Below are positions 59,711 to 64,000 of a stretch of DNA of 64,000 bases, one piece after another. The notes under the pieces are model-generated. The model searched no databases. It had not been told where the DNA came from and saw nothing but the letters and a program-made list of their open reading frames with translations. A program made the translations under genes and the position numbers. Positions within the stretch are counted from its first letter, which is position 1. The number at the start of each line of letters is the position of its first letter. Origin of the DNA: a virus (taxonomy: Duplodnaviria > Caudoviricetes); IMG/VR virus record IMGVR_UViG_3300037067_021792. The stretch is one strand, 5' to 3'.

Positions 59711-61012
59711 ATGGCAGATGTGATAGAACACAGGAAATTTGTATTTGTCTCAAACAACCTTAACAGCAACAAGCGATGGGAAGTGCTCTTATACGATAAC
59801 GATGACGTAGAAGTGAGATATGGCAGAATCGGAAAATCCTTACAAAGTAAGGTTCATCCCGGTGCTGGTCGTAGAAGGATGGAGTCTTCGATTCGAGATA
59901 AAACCAGTCCATCTGAGCATTATGATGGTGGTTGTTATCGAGAAATCGAAGTGCTTGATACTGCCGCTACATCATCTCCTGCCTGTATATCATCATCAAA
60001 ATCAGAATTAAAGAAAATTGCTAAGGCGCAAATTGCTACTTGCCCTATTACACAAAAACTAATTGAATTCTTCACAGAAGTTAATGCTCATAACATTTCT
60101 CATGCTACTGGTGGGCGTATTACTTATGATGTGTCTGCTGGCACATTCCGCACACCTGTTGGTATTGTTACAAAGTCAAATGTCGATGCGGCACGGACTC
60201 TGCTGGATGATCTTACGGGGTTTATTACCAAGAATTCATTTGGTAAGCCGTTTATTACAACCCTTGAAGATTATTTAATGCTCATACCTCAAGATGTTGG
60301 CCGCAAATTTGACCCCCGCGGTTTTTGTGGAAGCATTGATGCTATTCAACATCAGAGCCAAATTCTTGATGGATTGGATGCATCAATTCAATCGGTTTTA
60401 TCAGCTCCCAAAAATGGGAAGAAGAAAGAGGAAGCGGAAACACCGAAGCTATTCAATGTTAAATTGTCAGTTGTAGATGATAAGGATATTTTAACTGAAA
60501 TTCGCACATTCTTTAATAAAGGACGGCATCACGGTCATAGAAGTTACGATCTCAAGATTACAAAGGCATATGCAATCGATATGCCAACAATGAAAGACGC
60601 ATGGGATCGCGATGGCTCTAAACTAAATAACCAGTGGAAGTTATTCCACGGGACAAAAGCATCTAATTGTCTTTCAATACTTAAAAATGGGTTTGTGATT
60701 CCACCTGCTTCTGCTTCTCATGTATGCGGGCGGATGTATTCGAATGGGTGCTATCATTCAGATGAGAGCACAAAATCCCTGAATTATGCTACAAATTATT
60801 GGGGCGGAAGGGACGAGGGTAGATATTTTATGTTTTATAATCTAGTAGCTATGGGTAATTATTTCATTCCTTCTGGTTCTCGGTCTTCTCCTCCGCCTAA
60901 AGGATATGATTCATATTTTGCAAAAGCAGGGCAATCTGGTGTGATGAATAACGAAATGGTAGTTTTTAGAACCTCCCAAATCCTACCCCTAAATTTATTA
61001 GAATTTGAATAA
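59711..61012 (+). CDS. Poly(ADP-ribose) polymerase (WGR, regulatory-like and catalytic domains)
   Basis: SNKRW..RYGRIG WGR-like domain, YLMLIP helical region, H-Y-E triad LFHGT / KSLNY / NNEM. Confidence 0.9.
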   Translation: MADVIEHRKFVFVSNNLNSNKRWEVLLYDNDDVEVRYGRIGKSLQSKVHPGAGRRRMESSIRDKTSPSEHYDGGCYREIEVLDTAATSSPACISSSKSELKKIAKAQIATCPITQKLIEFFTEVNAHNISHATGGRITYDVSAGTFRTPVGIVTKSNVDAARTLLDDLTGFITKNSFGKPFITTLEDYLMLIPQDVGRKFDPRGFCGSIDAIQHQSQILDGLDASIQSVLSAPKNGKKKEEAETPKLFNVKLSVVDDKDILTEIRTFFNKGRHHGHRSYDLKITKAYAIDMPTMKDAWDRDGSKLNNQWKLFHGTKASNCLSILKNGFVIPPASASHVCGRMYSNGCYHSDESTKSLNYATNYWGGRDEGRYFMFYNLVAMGNYFIPSGSRSSPPPKGYDSYFAKAGQSGVMNNEMVVFRTSQILPLNLLEFE

Positions 61013-61040
61013 AGGATTTTCATAATATTCTCTTGTATAA
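61012..61040 (+). promoter_or_regulatory. AAGGA-class promoter
   Basis: AAGGA-N18-GTATAA overlapping the PARP stop. Confidence 0.6.
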
Positions 61041-61046
61041 TACATA

Positions 61047-61250
61047 ATGGAGAATATTATGAAAACTTCAAAATACAAACTATTAAACGATAGGGAATGG
61101 CTCTATCAAAAGCACCATGTTGAAAATCTGGACGCCAATCAGATTGCCAAACAGGTCGGATGTAATCAGGGTTCTGTTGTGCAATCTTTTAAGCGTTTAG
61201 GTATAGTCTTTAAAAAGGTCCGCGAGCGCAAAGTCGGAGAAACGAGATGA
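61047..61250 (+). pseudogene. Truncated HTH protein, probable homing-endonuclease N-terminus
   Basis: NDREWLYQKH..IAKQVGC..V...KRLGI; last ~10 codons come from the GC-rich insert. Confidence 0.55.
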
Positions 61251-62489
61251 ATCTGGACCGATTGGATCAGGACTTGATGGCCTTGAGCGTGCCTACGGTC
61301 GCGCCTGGCCCGCACGTGGAAACCCTGGCCGTGCGTTTGTCGCCTCGCTGGGGAGCCGTTTCGCGCGGACGAATGTCGCCACGCAGACGTGCCGCCCTCT
61401 TTGTGGGCATCGCACTCGCCAGCCTATCGGCTGCCGCCGGCACCTACACCTACCACCGCTACGTATTCGGTACAACTTGGACCAGAGCGTCGTCCGAGCC
61501 TGAGACACCCGATGAGCAGGCGTTTGCCGACTTCGACTCAGCACACCGTGACGAGGCCATCGGACTTTGGAAGAGTGGACAGGTCACACTGCTGGAGCGG
61601 AAGCCGGACACCTCCGATCGCATGAGCGTATACGTGGTTCGCTTCGATTTTCAGGACGGCACATCCGAGACGGCCAAGATGGGCGATCATCCGAATCCGG
61701 CCCTGCGCGCCGAATGGCGGCAGATTCGCGACGCCGGCGGCGGAGAGCTCGTTTCGCTCCGTCGCTTTCCGAACGGAACGGTGATGTATGTCGTCCAGTA
61801 TGCACTGTCCAGCGGAGAGACGATCCGGCAGCTCTCCAATGTCCCGCCGATGTCGAAAGCGGACCGATTCGCGGCCTACGACTTCGTGACCGAGCAGATG
61901 AAGGTCGGCGGCGGGCGGGTCGTTGGGACGACCAGCACGGGTATGCTCGTAGTCGAACTTGAGCTTCCGGACGGACACCCGTTCACGGAGGTCGTGCAGC
62001 CACCATACCCGCGGGCGGGGCTGACGCCGGAGCGTCAGGAGGAGATCTCCGAGATGATTGCGCTGGGGCAGGGAGATTTCAAAGACCAGCTCTTCTCAGC
62101 GCAAGGGTCGTGTTACGTGGTCGAATATGTGTTGTCCGACGGAACTTCCTTCCGCATGGGCGGGGATCGGCCCGTGATGACGGATGCCGCGTGGGACGCG
62201 GCCCGTGTGGAGGCGGCGACACTGTACGCCGCCGGCCAGTACACGCGCGAGACGGTCACCGCCACCGACGGTCAGGCGGTTGAGGTCCTTGTGATAACGC
62301 TATCGACCGGCTACGTCGCGAAAATCCGCGACGTGGCCCAAGCGCGGGCGCTGTGGGGGCTCGAGTAATCCGCTGCGCTCCAGGGACCTAAGCGTGAATC
62401 GGAGATTGGCCTATGCCATAGCGTAGGACGAGGATTCGGAAGAGCAATCAGCCAGGCACTACGCCGCCCGATGCGGGGCGGCGCGGGGA
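61219..62489 (+). other. High-GC foreign DNA island
   Basis: Abrupt switch to GC-rich sequence and codon usage at both ends (boundaries approximate). Confidence 0.9.
61247..62368 (+). CDS. Single-TM protein with five internal repeats (anti-sigma-like layout)
   Basis: RRR followed by a TM helix, then repeated YVVxYxLxDG motifs. Confidence 0.7.
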   Translation: MNLDRLDQDLMALSVPTVAPGPHVETLAVRLSPRWGAVSRGRMSPRRRAALFVGIALASLSAAAGTYTYHRYVFGTTWTRASSEPETPDEQAFADFDSAHRDEAIGLWKSGQVTLLERKPDTSDRMSVYVVRFDFQDGTSETAKMGDHPNPALRAEWRQIRDAGGGELVSLRRFPNGTVMYVVQYALSSGETIRQLSNVPPMSKADRFAAYDFVTEQMKVGGGRVVGTTSTGMLVVELELPDGHPFTEVVQPPYPRAGLTPERQEEISEMIALGQGDFKDQLFSAQGSCYVVEYVLSDGTSFRMGGDRPVMTDAAWDAARVEAATLYAAGQYTRETVTATDGQAVEVLVITLSTGYVAKIRDVAQARALWGLE

Positions 62490-62539
62490 TATATCACTAG
62501 AAGAATCTTATAGATGCTACTAATTTCTCATATGTTTTG

Positions 62540-62596
62540 GTCGTAGTTTATAGAACGTCTCAGATTCTTCCAACTCATTTGATGGAGTTCTCATGA
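62540..62596 (+). repeat. Second, diverged copy of the PARP 3' end
   Basis: VVVYRTSQILPTHLMEFS* versus MVVFRTSQILPLNLLEFE* at 60956-61012. Confidence 0.9.
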
Positions 62597-62892
62597 TGGA
62601 TTTTTCTGCTGCCTTAATTTTGTTAAAACAAGGTTGTCACATTCGACGCACCGAATGGACAGCGGGAGCGTATTGGTCTTTGGGTAAAAAATGGATCGAA
62701 CAAATATCTTTTTACGCTGGTCAAAAAATAACTGAGCAACGTGGGGCTTTTGAGATAGAGGAAATGTTAGCAACCGATTGGGAGAAAGTAGGTCCTGATT
62801 GGTCCGAAGAATATTTCAAACAAGTATCTTGGGAGAAACATAAGAAAAGTTGTGAAAAATACGCCAAAGAACAGTCGGAGAAAACCGCATGA
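62593..62892 (+). CDS. DUF2829-like protein
   Basis: MDFSAAL..LKQG..RRTEW..MLATDW. Confidence 0.7.
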   Translation: MMDFSAALILLKQGCHIRRTEWTAGAYWSLGKKWIEQISFYAGQKITEQRGAFEIEEMLATDWEKVGPDWSEEYFKQVSWEKHKKSCEKYAKEQSEKTA

Positions 62893-63167
62893 ATTTCGTT
62901 TGTGAACAATGTGGCGAAGTTGACACTATTTTGATAGATGGATATAATTTCGGAGATCGTCTACTCGAAGGGGTGATGTTCCGGGTCAAATATGTTAGAG
63001 ATAAATTAACTGCCACAATTGAACCAGAATCTGTGGAGTATATGAAGAGATTAAATAAAAAGAAATGGATCAAGGAATGCCTTGATTTTATTGAATCGGC
63101 AGACGAATTCTCAGGCCAATGTTCCGTATGTGGGAGCGAAGTGTGTTCTGACGACGAAATTTATTAA
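62889..63167 (+). CDS. Zn-ribbon hypothetical protein
   Basis: CEQC..CSVC. Confidence 0.6.
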   Translation: MNFVCEQCGEVDTILIDGYNFGDRLLEGVMFRVKYVRDKLTATIEPESVEYMKRLNKKKWIKECLDFIESADEFSGQCSVCGSEVCSDDEIY

Positions 63168-63221
63168 GCAGGATTTTTCCTCCAGGTATTGTATATAATT
63201 ACAGCACTTGGAGGATTTTTT

Positions 63222-64000
63222 GTGGCTAGAGAATCGTGGTGGGTGATAAATAATACTAAGCGTCCTGTCGTAATTGGTGATCTTCCGAGGGTTCCTACTA
63301 TTGAGTCGGGCAAGAAGGTAGATTTGCTCCTTTATGCCACCAAAGACCAAATAGGACAATCCCAAAATTTAACTGATTTAAGTAAGTCTGGTGCAATCAC
63401 CATCAAAAAATATGCGGGTATTACCCAAAAAACCATTTCTCGTAATCGGTCTGAAGAATCCATCACAAGTGTAGAAGAGGAAGAATTAACAGATGCCTTA
63501 ACAGATGCCTTAACAGATGCCTTAACAGATTATTACACTAAAGATGAGGTCTATACTAAGGATGAGACAGATGATTTATTAGTGGCTGCTCATAACCGTT
63601 TAATTGTCAGTGTGGAACCTAAGTCTGGTCAATATGATTCTATTGCCGCTGCCATTGCTGCGGTTACAAGTCCCGCAGATGATAACAGATGGGTTATAAA
63701 AGTAGAACCAGGTATATACACAGAACCTTTGTGCGATATCCCATCTTATGTATCTATCGTAGGCGATTCCACTGAGGCGGTGGTTGTTAAACCCGATGGT
63801 GACCACAATATATTCAATTTAAGTCAACATAGTCGTATGAACTTTATGACAATATCGGATGCTCCGTCGGGCCGATACGGGATATATGCATATGATATTG
63901 GTAATTTTGCGATATTACATAAAGTTAGTATTACTGACTGTGAGACTGGTGTTTACTTGGCATCGAACACTGCTGACTCCTATTTATTTTTAGAATATGT
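63222..64000 (+). CDS. Tail fibre / tailspike with pectin-lyase-like beta-helix (partial, runs off window)
   Basis: GGAGG and GTG; YTKDEVYTKDE fibre repeat; YDSIAAAI..IKVEPGIYTE..VSIVG. Confidence 0.75.
   Translation, partial: MARESWWVINNTKRPVVIGDLPRVPTIESGKKVDLLLYATKDQIGQSQNLTDLSKSGAITIKKYAGITQKTISRNRSEESITSVEEEELTDALTDALTDALTDYYTKDEVYTKDETDDLLVAAHNRLIVSVEPKSGQYDSIAAAIAAVTSPADDNRWVIKVEPGIYTEPLCDIPSYVSIVGDSTEAVVVKPDGDHNIFNLSQHSRMNFMTISDAPSGRYGIYAYDIGNFAILHKVSITDCETGVYLASNTADSYLFLEY
63486..63530 (+). repeat. 12-bp tandem repeat TTAACAGATGCC x3.75 (LTDA)
   Basis: Read directly, in frame. Confidence 0.95.

Noticed and set aside
61293-61978. Overlapping alternative ORFs in the GC island
   Set aside because: Expected by-product of high GC content; only 61247..62368 looks protein-like
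60956-62596. Diversity-generating retroelement TR/VR pair
   Set aside because: Differences are not adenine-specific and no reverse transcriptase lies in the window
1-64000. Genome-wide TAG reassignment (code 15)
   Set aside because: Conserved genes are intact under code 11 and several (thyX, nadD, VWA) end at TAG at plausible positions
1-64000. CRISPR array or rRNA
   Set aside because: No regularly spaced repeat-spacer run or rRNA-like sequence seen

Overview
AT-rich, densely coding, mostly + strand segment that reads as part of a large (jumbo) bacteriophage genome. It has many short unknown ORFs, Shine-Dalgarno sites, and sigma70-like promoters plus a second AAGGA..GTATAA promoter class. 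Recognisable cargo covers replication and nucleotide genes (topA, dnaX, dnaN-like, holA-like, ruvC, thyX, dCMP deaminase, dNMP kinase, minimal ATP-dependent ligase), a SigH-like sigma factor, chaperones (dnaK, groES/groEL, Hsp20, ClpS-like), glycan enzymes, a TROVE/VWA protein, an NAD+/ADP-ribose cluster (macrodomain, pncA, nadD, WGR-PARP) and the start of a tailspike. A Planctomycetota host is my inference from the look of DnaK and ClpS and was not tested. The most notable observations are: (1) a 68-nt CUA-anticodon tRNA with tRNA-Pyl-like architecture, in a genome that still uses TAG as stop; (2) topA cleanly split into two separately translated halves by an AAA+ ATPase gene, with no residues apparently lost; (3) the PARP 3' end duplicated from just after its catalytic Glu, flanking a broken HTH (homing-endonuclease-like) gene that has captured about 1.27 kb of high-GC host-like DNA; (4) several unannotated structured-RNA candidates; (5) a TnpB/IS200-IS605 right-end relic. 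All family calls come from motif recognition by eye; no searches or folding programs were run.
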